Of a stretch of 64,000 bases of DNA, positions 31,196-40,711 are shown piece after piece (position 1 is the stretch's first letter; every line of letters begins with the position of its first letter). The DNA comes from Elusimicrobiota bacterium (GTDB lineage: Bacteria; Elusimicrobiota; Elusimicrobia; Elusimicrobiales; UBA9959), in the NCBI GenBank assembly GCA_036574205.1, contig JAINCQ010000040.1, forward strand, positions 1-64,000, read 5' to 3'. Below the pieces are notes generated by a model. The model was not told the origin of the DNA and ran no database searches. It worked only from the letters and a program-made list of their open reading frames with translations. Position numbers and translations under genes: made by a program.

Positions 31196-31316
31196 ATCTC
31201 CTCCTTTATGTTATTTTATTCATCTTAAACTCTACTTCTATTTACTTGCTACTTACATAAGAAAACAATTTTACTGTAATTACATTTTATATCATTTTTT
31301 AAAAATATCAATCTCC

Positions 31317-32004
31317 TGTAAGATATCTATACAGGTTGGAGTTTTTATGATTTTTAAATTGCTCATCTAAAAAGCAATTTGTTGGGGTTTTTCTGATTTA
31401 ATTATTTATAGCGTTTTTCTATACCGTAACTATACATAACCAATTACAGCCGTAAAAAATTTTAAAAGATAATCAGCTAATTTTATAAAAAATTATTATA
31501 CACACTTTAACCACGATCGTATAAAATTCGTGTATGTTATTCACAGGAAAGTTATATAATTTCTGCTCAATAATTATACACAGTTTAACCACGACCGTGT
31601 AAAATTAGTGTATATTTTTTTTGAAGCAAAACACTTTCAACTTACCGCACATAAGTCAGTTCAATATTCATCCTTCATTTTCCCCCTCTCAAGGAGAAAG
31701 GGATTTTAACAGTCGTTTATGCCATTTTCTATTTTAAAGAGCCTTTATCTTCCTGCTACACATATCCCCTCTCCTTTTTTGGAGAGGGTTAGGGTGAAGA
31801 TTAAGGAGGAAGGGACGGTTTTTACCGTCTAAGGAAGGTAAAACCAGGTTTTGTTTGGGTTAAAAACAATTATCCACAGTTTAAACAAGATCGTGTAAAA
31901 TTAATGTATGTTTTTTGAAAGCAAAATGCCTTTAATTGTCTACCCCGGTCAGTCTGATATTGGAGATATATCTATTTGTCCCAATATGTTTCTGATATTT
32001 TGCA
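31317..32004. repeat. Mosaic intergenic repeat, copy A (possible MITE-like element)
   Basis: Shares the left end TAAGATATCTATACAGGTT with 36519; the palindrome unit TTATNCACA.TTTAA.CA.GA.CGT.TAAAATT (x3), ACCGTCTAAGGAAG and the right end TTCT.ATATTTTGCA are shared with copies B and C. Confidence 0.85.
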
Positions 32005-32094
32005 CCATATTGACTTTTTGGCTTTTAACTTCATCTATACTTTCTTTTAAATAGAGCTTACAATTCCCCCACAATTTAGTCATTTAAAAATTTT

Positions 32095-33549
32095 TCACCA
32101 TCTAATATTTGCTTCTCGTGCGGCTTTGACTTCATCAAGTCTTTTTACTGGCATATTATGAGGCGCGTTTTTTAATATTTCTGGATTTGTTTTCCCCTCT
32201 TCGTATATCTTTTTCATCGCTTCTATAAAACTATCCAAAGTCTCCTTGTTTTCTGTCTCTGTTGGCTCAATCATTATAGCCTCATGAACAATTAAAGGGA
32301 AATATATAGTTGGAGCATGAAATCCATAATCAAGTAATCTTTTGGCTATATCAAGAGTTTTTATGCCTTTATCTGTTAATTCTTTAGGCGGGGTTAAAAC
32401 ACATTCATGCATACAATATTCTCTGGCATAAGGTGGATAAATATTTTCAAGGTTTTTCTTTATATAATTTGCGTTAATTATGGCATTTTCAGCTACTTCT
32501 CTAAATTCTTTCATACCATGCATAAGCATATATGTATATGCTTTTATTAAAACAGAAGTGTTTGTAAAAAATCCTTTAACCCTTCCAATTGAATGAGGTC
32601 TTTTCTCATCCAGATCATATCTCTGAGATTTTTTAACAACTATTGGAATTGGCAAGTAATCAGAAAGATGCTTTTTTACTAAAATTGCTCCAGATCCAGG
32701 ACCACCTCCACCATGTGGGGTTGAAAATGTTTTGTGAAGATTTAAATGAAGTATATCAACTCCAAAATCGCCCGGCTTAACAAGCCCTATTAAGGCATTC
32801 ATATTAGCGCCATCCATATAAATAAGCGTTCCGTTATCATGGCATAATTTTACAATCTCATCTATTTGCTTTTCAAATATACCCAGAGTGTTTGGGATTG
32901 TAAGCATTAATACGGCAGTTTTTGAGTTTAAATGCTTTTTTAAAACATCAAGATCTATTCTACCCTGCGAATTTGAATGGATGTTAATGGTTTTAAATCC
33001 AGCCATAGTAGAGGTTGCTGGATTTGTTCCATGAGCGGAATCAGGGACTATAACCTCATCCCTATTTTCACCTTTAACCTCAAAATATTTTTTAGCTATT
33101 AAAATCCCTGTAAATTCTCCATGCGCGCCTGCCACTGGCCACATTGTCCCATCATCCATTCCACACAACTCGCATAATCTTGATTTTATGTCATATATAA
33201 TTTCAAGAGTTCCTTGAGCAAAATCAATCAGAGAATTTGGATTAAGCGAGGTAAATCCTTCAAAAGAAGCAACCTCTTCATTTATCTTAGGGTTATATTT
33301 CATAGTGCAGGAACCTAAAGGATAAAAATGGGTATCAACTGAAAAATTTAATTTAGAAAGTCTTGTGTAGTGTCTTACGACATCAAACTCGCTCATCTGA
33401 GGAAGTTTCGGGTCTGTTTTTCTTAAATATTTATCGTTTATATTTGTTTTAATCTCTTTACTTTCATCTACCAGCAAAACTCCCCTTTTCCCTTCCTTTG
33501 ATTTTTCTATACTAAGTTTATTATCAAAAATCTTTTCAGTTAAGTTCAT
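32095..33549 (-). CDS. gcvPB: Glycine dehydrogenase subunit 2
   Basis: YPLGSCTMKYNP, SAHGTNPA, HLNLHKTFSTPHGGGGPG, EPTETE. Confidence 0.97.
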   Translation of the reverse strand: MNLTEKIFDNKLSIEKSKEGKRGVLLVDESKEIKTNINDKYLRKTDPKLPQMSEFDVVRHYTRLSKLNFSVDTHFYPLGSCTMKYNPKINEEVASFEGFTSLNPNSLIDFAQGTLEIIYDIKSRLCELCGMDDGTMWPVAGAHGEFTGILIAKKYFEVKGENRDEVIVPDSAHGTNPATSTMAGFKTINIHSNSQGRIDLDVLKKHLNSKTAVLMLTIPNTLGIFEKQIDEIVKLCHDNGTLIYMDGANMNALIGLVKPGDFGVDILHLNLHKTFSTPHGGGGPGSGAILVKKHLSDYLPIPIVVKKSQRYDLDEKRPHSIGRVKGFFTNTSVLIKAYTYMLMHGMKEFREVAENAIINANYIKKNLENIYPPYAREYCMHECVLTPPKELTDKGIKTLDIAKRLLDYGFHAPTIYFPLIVHEAIMIEPTETENKETLDSFIEAMKKIYEEGKTNPEILKNAPHNMPVKRLDEVKAAREANIRW

Positions 33550-33560
33550 AAATCCTCCAA

Positions 33561-34907
33561 TTATTTCTTTAAGTTTATACTTACTTTTGATGAAATTATA
33601 TTTACAAGTTCATCTATATCTTTTTCAGTTTTTGTCTCTGTAAATGCCATTAACACAGTATCTTTAAACTCTTTTCCAAGTTCATCTATATTCAACCCTA
33701 TATCTATTCTATTTGATTTAGCTATCTCTCTTCTAATATCTATAGAATCAGGGATATCAACTGGAAATTCATTAAAAAATGGTTGATTGTATTTTATATC
33801 AAAGCCGCTTCCTTTTAATTTTTTAAGAGCATAATTTGCAAGATAATTGTTAAAGATTGCCAATTTTTTAAGACCTTCTTTTCCCAGAGCAGTCATATAA
33901 ATGCTTACCCATAAAGCGCAAAGCGCTTGATTGGAACATATGTTTGAAGGGGCTTTTTCCCTTCTTATATGTTGTTCCCTTGCTTGAAGAGTCAATGTAA
34001 ATCCTCTTTTGCCGTCTCTATCCACAGTCATACCACATATTCTCCCCGGCATCTGCCTTAAATGTTCTTTCTTACAGGTAAAAATCCCGAGATATGGTCC
34101 GCCATAAGAAAGTGGAAGTCCGAGAGATTGCCCCTCGCCTACTGCAAAATCAAACCCTGCTTCCCCCGGAGTTTTTAACAACATAAGAGAAAAAGGATCA
34201 GCAAGGCATACTGTAAGTATATTTTTAGATTTTGCTATTTTATTAAACTCCTCTATATCTTCTATAAAACCAAGATAATTAGGGTTTGAAATTACTGCGC
34301 ATGCCGTTTTTTCATCAATAAGTTTTTCAAATTTATTAAAATCAATGATACCATTATTATGAGGTATGGCAATAAATTCATATTCTTTTGAATTGGCAAA
34401 ATATGTTTTTAATACCTCAATATATTTTGGGTTTATCAAAGATGAATAAATTATTTTATTTTTATTGCTTATCCTTACACATGCTTTAACCGCCTCAGCA
34501 AGCGCAGTTGAGCCATCATACATAGAAGCGTTTGAAAAATCCATACCATATAAATTTGCCATCAAGCTTTGATACTCATATATTGTCTGTAAAATACCCT
34601 GACTTGCCTCAGCCTGATAAGGGGTATAAGCTGTTAGAAACTCTGATCTTTGAGCTATAGACTTAACAACAGCTGGTGTATATCTTTCATATACCCCACC
34701 ACCAACAAAGCTTTTAAGATTAATATTTTTATTTGAAAGATCTTTCATCCTGTTATATGCTTCCATCTCAGTTAATGGCTGTGGAAGATTATATTCGGGA
34801 TTTAAGAACTTTTCAGGCACAATCTTTTTTATCAGAGATTCAAAAGATTTTTCGCCTATAATTTCAAGCATCTCTTTTTTTTCATTATTTGTATTAGATA
34901 TAAACAT
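33561..34907 (-). CDS. gcvPA: Glycine dehydrogenase subunit 1
   Basis: TAYTPYQAE, NASMYDG, GGPYLG, REQHIRREKA.SNICSNQ. Confidence 0.97.
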   Translation of the reverse strand: MFISNTNNEKKEMLEIIGEKSFESLIKKIVPEKFLNPEYNLPQPLTEMEAYNRMKDLSNKNINLKSFVGGGVYERYTPAVVKSIAQRSEFLTAYTPYQAEASQGILQTIYEYQSLMANLYGMDFSNASMYDGSTALAEAVKACVRISNKNKIIYSSLINPKYIEVLKTYFANSKEYEFIAIPHNNGIIDFNKFEKLIDEKTACAVISNPNYLGFIEDIEEFNKIAKSKNILTVCLADPFSLMLLKTPGEAGFDFAVGEGQSLGLPLSYGGPYLGIFTCKKEHLRQMPGRICGMTVDRDGKRGFTLTLQAREQHIRREKAPSNICSNQALCALWVSIYMTALGKEGLKKLAIFNNYLANYALKKLKGSGFDIKYNQPFFNEFPVDIPDSIDIRREIAKSNRIDIGLNIDELGKEFKDTVLMAFTETKTEKDIDELVNIISSKVSINLKK

Positions 34908-34960
34908 AGAATCTCCTTCTATAAATAAAAATTATTTAAGAAATTTAAAAAAACTATAAA

Positions 34961-35347
34961 TCAATGTTGCTGGGTTTTTAAAAATTCCTCATATTGTTTA
35001 TAATCCATCAAAGAATCCAATTCAGCTAAATTTGAAATTTTAACCTTAAATATCCAGCCTTTACCAAAAGCATCTTGATTTATGGCTTGAGGATCATTGG
35101 AAAGTTCATTATTAACTTCAATAACCTCACCTGAAACAGGGGAATAGACATCCGAGGCAGACTTAACAGACTCAACAACACAACACTGCTTTTCTTTTTC
35201 AACTTTTTGCCCAATTTTGGGAAGATCTACAAAAACTATATCTCCCATCTGGCTTTGCGCAAAGTCGGTAATCCCGACAACTCCTTTATCGCCTTCAACT
35301 GCTATCCATTCATGAGTCTTTGTATATTTAAGGTTTTCTTTGTTCAT
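34961..35347 (-). CDS. gcvH: Glycine cleavage H protein
   Basis: HEW, GITDFAQ, VESVKSASD (lipoyl-Lys), GWIF. Confidence 0.97.
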   Translation of the reverse strand: MNKENLKYTKTHEWIAVEGDKGVVGITDFAQSQMGDIVFVDLPKIGQKVEKEKQCCVVESVKSASDVYSPVSGEVIEVNNELSNDPQAINQDAFGKGWIFKVKISNLAELDSLMDYKQYEEFLKTQQH

Positions 35348-35356
35348 AATCTCTCC

Positions 35357-36472
35357 TTATTTGTTTAATTTAAAATAAAAAACTCCACCTTTAAAAAACG
35401 GAATTTCACATACTTTTGCTTTAATCATTTTACCCCTGACTTCAACCTCAACCTCATCACCTATATTTAACCCAACAGGCATATATCCCATGGCTATTGA
35501 CTTTTTAAGTGATGGGGAGTAAGCGCCGCTTGTAAGAGTCCCCAATTCTTTCCCATTGCTAAAAACTTTATAACCTTCTCTTAAAACCCCGCTTTCCGCA
35601 ATTATACCTGTAAGTTTAATTTTTACACCTTCTTTTTTCTCTTTTTCATAAAGATCTTTTCCTATAAAGTTTCCCTTATTTAATTTAACAACCCATCCAT
35701 AATTTGCCTGATAACTTGAATGTGCATCATCAATATCAGAACCATATAAAAGATATCCAGATTCAAGCCTTAAACTATCCCTTGCTCCAAGCCCACACGG
35801 TTTAATATCATAATCCTTTCCAAGTTTCATTAATTCTTCCCATATCCTTTCAATTATATAGTTTGGGGCAGTTATTTCAAAACCATCTTCCCCGGTATAG
35901 CCAGTTCTTGAGATATAACAGTGCTCATCATAGATATCTTTTTCAATTATCCCAAACCTTGGATAGCTTAATATTTCTTTAGCAAATTTTTCCATCACAT
36001 TAACTGATTTAGGTCCCTGAATGGCTATCATAGAAAACTCGCTTGATTTATTTGTTATTCTAACCTCAAAGTTTTTTGATTGAGATAAAAACCAGTTATA
36101 ATCTTTCTCTGTTGTGGTTGCATTAACTATAACAAGAAATCTCTCATCATCAAGGCAGAAATCTATAACATCATCCACTATACCACCATTTCCATTTGGA
36201 AGATGAGAATAGACGCCTTCTCCTTTTTTAAGTTTTAAAATATTATTTGAATTTACATAATCTAAAAATTTCTTTGCATCTTTGCCTTCAACAAAAATCT
36301 GTCCCATATGGCTTACATCAAACATTCCAACACCATTTCTTACAGTTAAATGCTCTTTTATTATTCCTTCAAATTGAACTGGCAACTCCCAGCCGTGGAA
36401 ATCCACCATCTTTCCACCATACCTCCTGCAAATATTATTTAGATAAGTTCTCTTTATTGTTACATTGGTCAT
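35357..36472 (-). CDS. gcvT: Glycine cleavage aminomethyltransferase T
   Basis: FDVSHMG, SRTGYTGEDGFE, GLGARDSLRLE. Confidence 0.97.
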   Translation of the reverse strand: MTNVTIKRTYLNNICRRYGGKMVDFHGWELPVQFEGIIKEHLTVRNGVGMFDVSHMGQIFVEGKDAKKFLDYVNSNNILKLKKGEGVYSHLPNGNGGIVDDVIDFCLDDERFLVIVNATTTEKDYNWFLSQSKNFEVRITNKSSEFSMIAIQGPKSVNVMEKFAKEILSYPRFGIIEKDIYDEHCYISRTGYTGEDGFEITAPNYIIERIWEELMKLGKDYDIKPCGLGARDSLRLESGYLLYGSDIDDAHSSYQANYGWVVKLNKGNFIGKDLYEKEKKEGVKIKLTGIIAESGVLREGYKVFSNGKELGTLTSGAYSPSLKKSIAMGYMPVGLNIGDEVEVEVRGKMIKAKVCEIPFFKGGVFYFKLNK

Positions 36473-36516
36473 GATTTCCTCCTAAAACAATTATATAAAA
36501 TTTAAAGAATATAAAT

Positions 36517-36994
36517 TATAAGATATCTATACAGGTTAGATTTTTTCTTTTTATGATTTTGAAACTGTTCATCTAAAAAAATACTCCATTGGCGTTTTTT
36601 TGTTTATTCCTTATAGGCATTCTCATTTAGCTTATCAAACTTTGCATAAACAATTATCCAAAGTTTAACTATGACCGTGTAAAATTAGTGGATGTTGTTT
36701 TGAAAAACACCTCAACTGACCGCCCCGGTCAGTCCGGCGCTCACTTCCGCTACGCTCAAACCTTCTTTTCCCCCTTAAATTTCCTCACCCCAACCCTCTC
36801 CAAAAAAGGAGAGGGAATTTGTGTAGCAGAAAGATGGAGGCTCTTTAAAATAGAAAATGGCATAGGCGAGTGTCAAAATCCCTTCCCCCTTGATGGGGGA
36901 AGGTGAAGGATGAGTGTAAAAAAAGGAGAGGGGACATAGCAGTTAAACCGTCTAAGGAAGGTAAAACCAGGTTTTGTTTTTCTAATATTTTGCA
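36517..36994. repeat. Mosaic intergenic repeat, copy B
   Basis: Same left end, palindrome unit and ACCGTCTAAGG module as copy A; 36773..36913 is the approximate reverse complement of 31668..31806; perfect hairpin ACTGACCG-ccc-CGGTCAGT at 36715..36733. Confidence 0.85.
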
Positions 36995-37125
36995 AATTTT
37001 TTGATTTACAAACTAATCCAATAAATAGAGGGAAGACTATAGCATTTTTTAATCCAGAATTAGTTAACCCATGTTAACTCATCATAAACAGCAGGCTACT
37101 TGCAATTTTAAAATTAAAATGCAAT

Positions 37126-38307
37126 CTAATACATAACAATATTATTCTTTTTAAGATATTTCTGGTATTTTTTAATTCCTTTTTGAAATTTATTTAAAAT
37201 ATACTGAGGTTCTTTTCCTTTATATAACCATTTCAAAAACTTCTCATTAACCATTCTTTTCATCCCATCTTCTTCTATTAAAAGTTTATCTCTATGATTT
37301 CTATAAATAAAATAGATTGAATGAACAAATATATCCATCGCCCTAACTTTTTCCTTATCAAGAACTTTTATATAAACACCTTTAACCTTTTCACCTTTAT
37401 AAAGATCAGAGTCTGGAATTTTTTCTACTGGATAGAACTCAACCCCATCAAGTTTTTTAGAATTTAAATACTCTACAAGACTTTCATTATCAAGCCATGG
37501 CGAACCAAAAAATTCAAAAGGCATCTCAGTTCCCCTTCCAACAGATATATTTGTAGCCTCAAAACATCCTATACCAGCATACAATATAGCAGCATTTAAG
37601 TTTCTTATGTTGGGAGACGGATTAACCCAGGGAAGATTTGTCTCATTAAAAAACATCTTATGATTATAGTTTTTCATCTTTACACACTTTAAGTTAATTT
37701 TCAAATTTGATTTTAATTTATGGAAATAAGCCATTTCACATGGAGTAAGGGAATGTCTAACCGGAACCTCATAATAAGCTGTAAAAGCTTTTATATCCTT
37801 ATCAAGAACAGGTCCTTCAATAACATCTGAAATAGGGTTGGGTCTATCAAGAACAATAAACTCTATATCTCTTTTTGTTGCCTCCTCCATAGCATAACCC
37901 ATCGTTGTAAGATATGTATAAAATCTAACTCCAACATCCTGAATATCAAAAACAAGAGTATCTAAATCTTTAAGCATTTCATCAGTAGGTTTTTTAGTTT
38001 TTCCATATAAACTATATATCGGCACTAAATTATATGTTGAATTATCAATTGAAAATCCCCCCTCTATATCACCTTTAAACCCATGCTCAGGGGAAAATAT
38101 AGCTATAAGATTTATGTTGTTTTTAATAAAAATATCAACCAAATTTAAACCTTTTGAGTTTATGCTTGTATGATTGACTATAACCCCAATCTTTTTGTTT
38201 TTCAAGATATCAAAATTCTCTTCTTCTAAAACTTCAAGCCCGCTTTTAACTCCTTCGCAATATAAGGAAAAGCTAAAAACATAAATTAAAATAAAAACTC
38301 TTATCAC
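37126..38307 (-). CDS. namZ: Exo-beta-N-acetylmuramidase NamZ (DUF1343)
   Basis: FSPEHG, SLYG, FDIQDVGVRFYTY, LDRPNP, PSPN, GRGT. Confidence 0.9.
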   Translation of the reverse strand: MIRVFILIYVFSFSLYCEGVKSGLEVLEEENFDILKNKKIGVIVNHTSINSKGLNLVDIFIKNNINLIAIFSPEHGFKGDIEGGFSIDNSTYNLVPIYSLYGKTKKPTDEMLKDLDTLVFDIQDVGVRFYTYLTTMGYAMEEATKRDIEFIVLDRPNPISDVIEGPVLDKDIKAFTAYYEVPVRHSLTPCEMAYFHKLKSNLKINLKCVKMKNYNHKMFFNETNLPWVNPSPNIRNLNAAILYAGIGCFEATNISVGRGTEMPFEFFGSPWLDNESLVEYLNSKKLDGVEFYPVEKIPDSDLYKGEKVKGVYIKVLDKEKVRAMDIFVHSIYFIYRNHRDKLLIEEDGMKRMVNEKFLKWLYKGKEPQYILNKFQKGIKKYQKYLKKNNIVMY

Positions 38308-39584
38308 TTGCTATCCTTTAAGATAAGAAGATACAGATTACCAGGTTCCCAGATAGAATAAGCAAATTTTTTAGCCTTATCGCCTGTTCCCGCAAAAAAA
38401 TCAACCCGCGCTCCTTTTATGGCTCCACCTGTATCATGACAGAATACAAGCCTCTGTGATTGCTTAAAAGAATTTATATTAAGATTATCGTCAAAAACTG
38501 GAAGTTTTAAATTAACAACCGCCGGCATTCCAAGTGGAATTATTGAGTTATCTATAGCTATTGATCTTTGTGCAACAAGATTTAAACCATAAGTTCCTAT
38601 AGGACCCTCATCAAAAGATTTCATATCGTCAAGATAAAAAAAAGTATATCTTTTATTCTGGCTTATAATAGGCCTTTGTAAATCGGGTTTTTCATTTATA
38701 AATTTCTTTGCTCTGTCATAAAATGTTTTATCTTCTCCAACCCCACCATATCTCTGGATATACCCCCCTTCTATAAGCGCTGTCATCCAACCTTTAAATT
38801 TAAGCGAATTAGTTGCCGCAAATTTAGCTCTTTTATATCCACCTTCTTTTAGTTTTAATATTCCCGAACCCTGCGTATGAATATCTAAAACATCAGCTAT
38901 ATCTTTCATATAGGCAATTTCATAATTTTTGCCAGAAAGAACTTTATCAAAATCTATCTCCTCCCTTGTGTAATACGGGATAATTTTCGTCCCCAAAAGC
39001 CTGCCAGTTAATTTCTGACCTTTATATTTATCAGCATCAAAATCTTCAAGATTTATTTCAATCATATCATCAGGTTTTCTATATAAAGGATATTTATAAA
39101 TCTCGTCACTGCTTAAACTTGCCTCAAAAACAGGTTCATAATAAGAACTAAATATTACAGGGTTTGTACCCTTTTTAAGTTCATATATATCAAAACTTTC
39201 TTTTATCTTTGTGTTTAAATCTTCATCGTCTTTTGAGTTCTGATAAATCTCCATTAATTTTTGTGTGGATTCTAACAATATTTTAGGGGTTACTTTTTTG
39301 TCAGGGAAATTATAAGAGATATTTTTATCAAGAGAGTTTGTTAAATAATTAATATTTAAATCAAAAGCTCGTTTAATATCCTCATCCCATTCTTTACTAA
39401 ATAATGGATAATCCTTTTCATTAACCTTTATCAATCTCGCTTCTGGTGGCTTTATCTTCTGACACACTAAAACCTCATCTTTTCCACAGACAATTGACTC
39501 TTGAGCAGTTTCTTGCTTCTTTATAGCATGATGACATGATGAGAACAAAAATACAGTAAGAATAATTTTTTTTAAGTTTTTCAT
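38304..39584 (-). CDS. mltA: Membrane-bound lytic transglycosylase A (lipoprotein)
   Basis: Lipobox LFSSC; YYEP, QGSG, SIAID, DTGGAIKG.RVDFFAG (3D domain). Confidence 0.92.
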   Translation of the reverse strand: MKNLKKIILTVFLFSSCHHAIKKQETAQESIVCGKDEVLVCQKIKPPEARLIKVNEKDYPLFSKEWDEDIKRAFDLNINYLTNSLDKNISYNFPDKKVTPKILLESTQKLMEIYQNSKDDEDLNTKIKESFDIYELKKGTNPVIFSSYYEPVFEASLSSDEIYKYPLYRKPDDMIEINLEDFDADKYKGQKLTGRLLGTKIIPYYTREEIDFDKVLSGKNYEIAYMKDIADVLDIHTQGSGILKLKEGGYKRAKFAATNSLKFKGWMTALIEGGYIQRYGGVGEDKTFYDRAKKFINEKPDLQRPIISQNKRYTFFYLDDMKSFDEGPIGTYGLNLVAQRSIAIDNSIIPLGMPAVVNLKLPVFDDNLNINSFKQSQRLVFCHDTGGAIKGARVDFFAGTGDKAKKFAYSIWEPGNLYLLILKDSK

Positions 39585-39599
39585 TTCTCCTCCATTAAA

Positions 39600-40595
39600 C
39601 TAAATAGTATATGTAACCTTTTTAAGACCTTTTGGGTTGTCAGGATTTAATCCTTTTGTAACAGCTATTTTTAAAGCACAGAGTTTAATAAATACATCCA
39701 TACTAAGAGCATTAAATGGATAATTTTCTGAAAAGGGAGTTAAGATTATATATTTAATTCCTCTTTCATCAAGCTTGTTTTTAACAAGTAATAAATCTTC
39801 TGTTAACTTCTTGTCCCTTGAAAGTATAACAACCAAATCTTTTTTGGTATATGCTCCTATAGGTCCATGCAAAAACTCAGCAGCAGAGTATCCCAGACTA
39901 TGAGTCATAGCCATCTCTCTAAATTTAAGCGCCGAGTCCTCCGCCACAGCATTAAAAGGCCCCCTACCAACAAAACCAACAATAAATGATTCTAAAATCA
40001 AATCAAATCCAGTTTTATTGTAAATTTTTTCAAAATTATTTATTAAATAGTTAATCTCCTCAATTGTTTTTTTAAATATGCTTTCCTTAAAATTTGCTCC
40101 GAAAAACTTAGCTAATTTCAAAATACACCATAATTGTAAAATAAAGCTTTTAGTGGCAGCAACAGGTACCTCCTTTGAGTTTGAAAGAAGTATATGAATA
40201 TCAGACATCTTTGCTAAATCATTATTTTTTATTTTGCTTTCATTTGTAATTGCAACAATCTTTCCTCCCATCTTTTTTATTATCTTACTGCATTTTACTA
40301 TATCATAACTTTTTCCAGATTGTGAAAAAGAAAAAAGAACTTTATTGCTAAAATTCATCTTTTTTTTAGTATTAAATATAGAAAATGGATGAACTATATT
40401 ACTTATAATTCCACAATATATTTCCCATATATATTTTGCAAAAAGTGTGGCGTTGCCAGAACTTCCTCTTCCCAGTAAAAAAACCTCTCTATATTTTGAA
40501 ATCTTATTGAGATTTTCCGGAAGATTAAACCTTTCAAGTAAAATAGGTATTTCTGATATATCTTTATATGTTAAAGTATTTATATATTTGTTCAT
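39600..40595 (-). CDS. Double-SIS sugar-phosphate isomerase/deaminase (GlmS C-terminal-like, no glutaminase domain)
   Basis: GRGSS, SQSG, VAATKSF, ALKFRE, AEFLHGP, NPDNPKGLKKVT. Confidence 0.85.
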   Translation of the reverse strand: MNKYINTLTYKDISEIPILLERFNLPENLNKISKYREVFLLGRGSSGNATLFAKYIWEIYCGIISNIVHPFSIFNTKKKMNFSNKVLFSFSQSGKSYDIVKCSKIIKKMGGKIVAITNESKIKNNDLAKMSDIHILLSNSKEVPVAATKSFILQLWCILKLAKFFGANFKESIFKKTIEEINYLINNFEKIYNKTGFDLILESFIVGFVGRGPFNAVAEDSALKFREMAMTHSLGYSAAEFLHGPIGAYTKKDLVVILSRDKKLTEDLLLVKNKLDERGIKYIILTPFSENYPFNALSMDVFIKLCALKIAVTKGLNPDNPKGLKKVTYTI

Positions 40596-40635
40596 ACCGC
40601 CTCTTTTTTATGCAGTATAAATAAATTATATAATT

Positions 40636-40664
40636 TTGACAAATTAAAAATACTATGATAAAAT
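40636..40664 (+). promoter_or_regulatory. Sigma70-type promoter of the aminotransferase gene
   Basis: TTGACA (40636)-17 bp-TAAAAT (40659), with an extended -10 TG. Confidence 0.7.
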
Positions 40665-40711
40665 CTTGTTAGGAGCTAATCTGCTCCGCTTTTTTGTTGA
40701 AGGAGGATTTT

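Noticed and set aside
31490..31920. CRISPR array (recurring ~45-bp palindromic unit)
   Set aside because: Units are degenerate, irregularly spaced and dispersed to other loci; no unique equal-length spacers and no cas genes
31200..32090. Definite oriC call
   Set aside because: The DnaA boxes belong to a dispersed repeat, no canonical dnaA/dnaN is adjacent and GC skew could not be computed; kept only as an alternative
36688..36906. 72-aa ORF in the gcvT-namZ gap
   Set aside because: Lies wholly within repeat copy B and has no protein-like features
36473..37125. Glycine riboswitch upstream of gcvT
   Set aside because: No glycine aptamer core recognised on the minus strand; the GGAGAG sequences belong to the repeat palindrome
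40672..40695. Attenuator upstream of the aminotransferase (GGAGC/GCTCC plus T-run)
   Set aside because: Only a 5-bp stem at the predicted transcript start; no leader peptide or alternative structure
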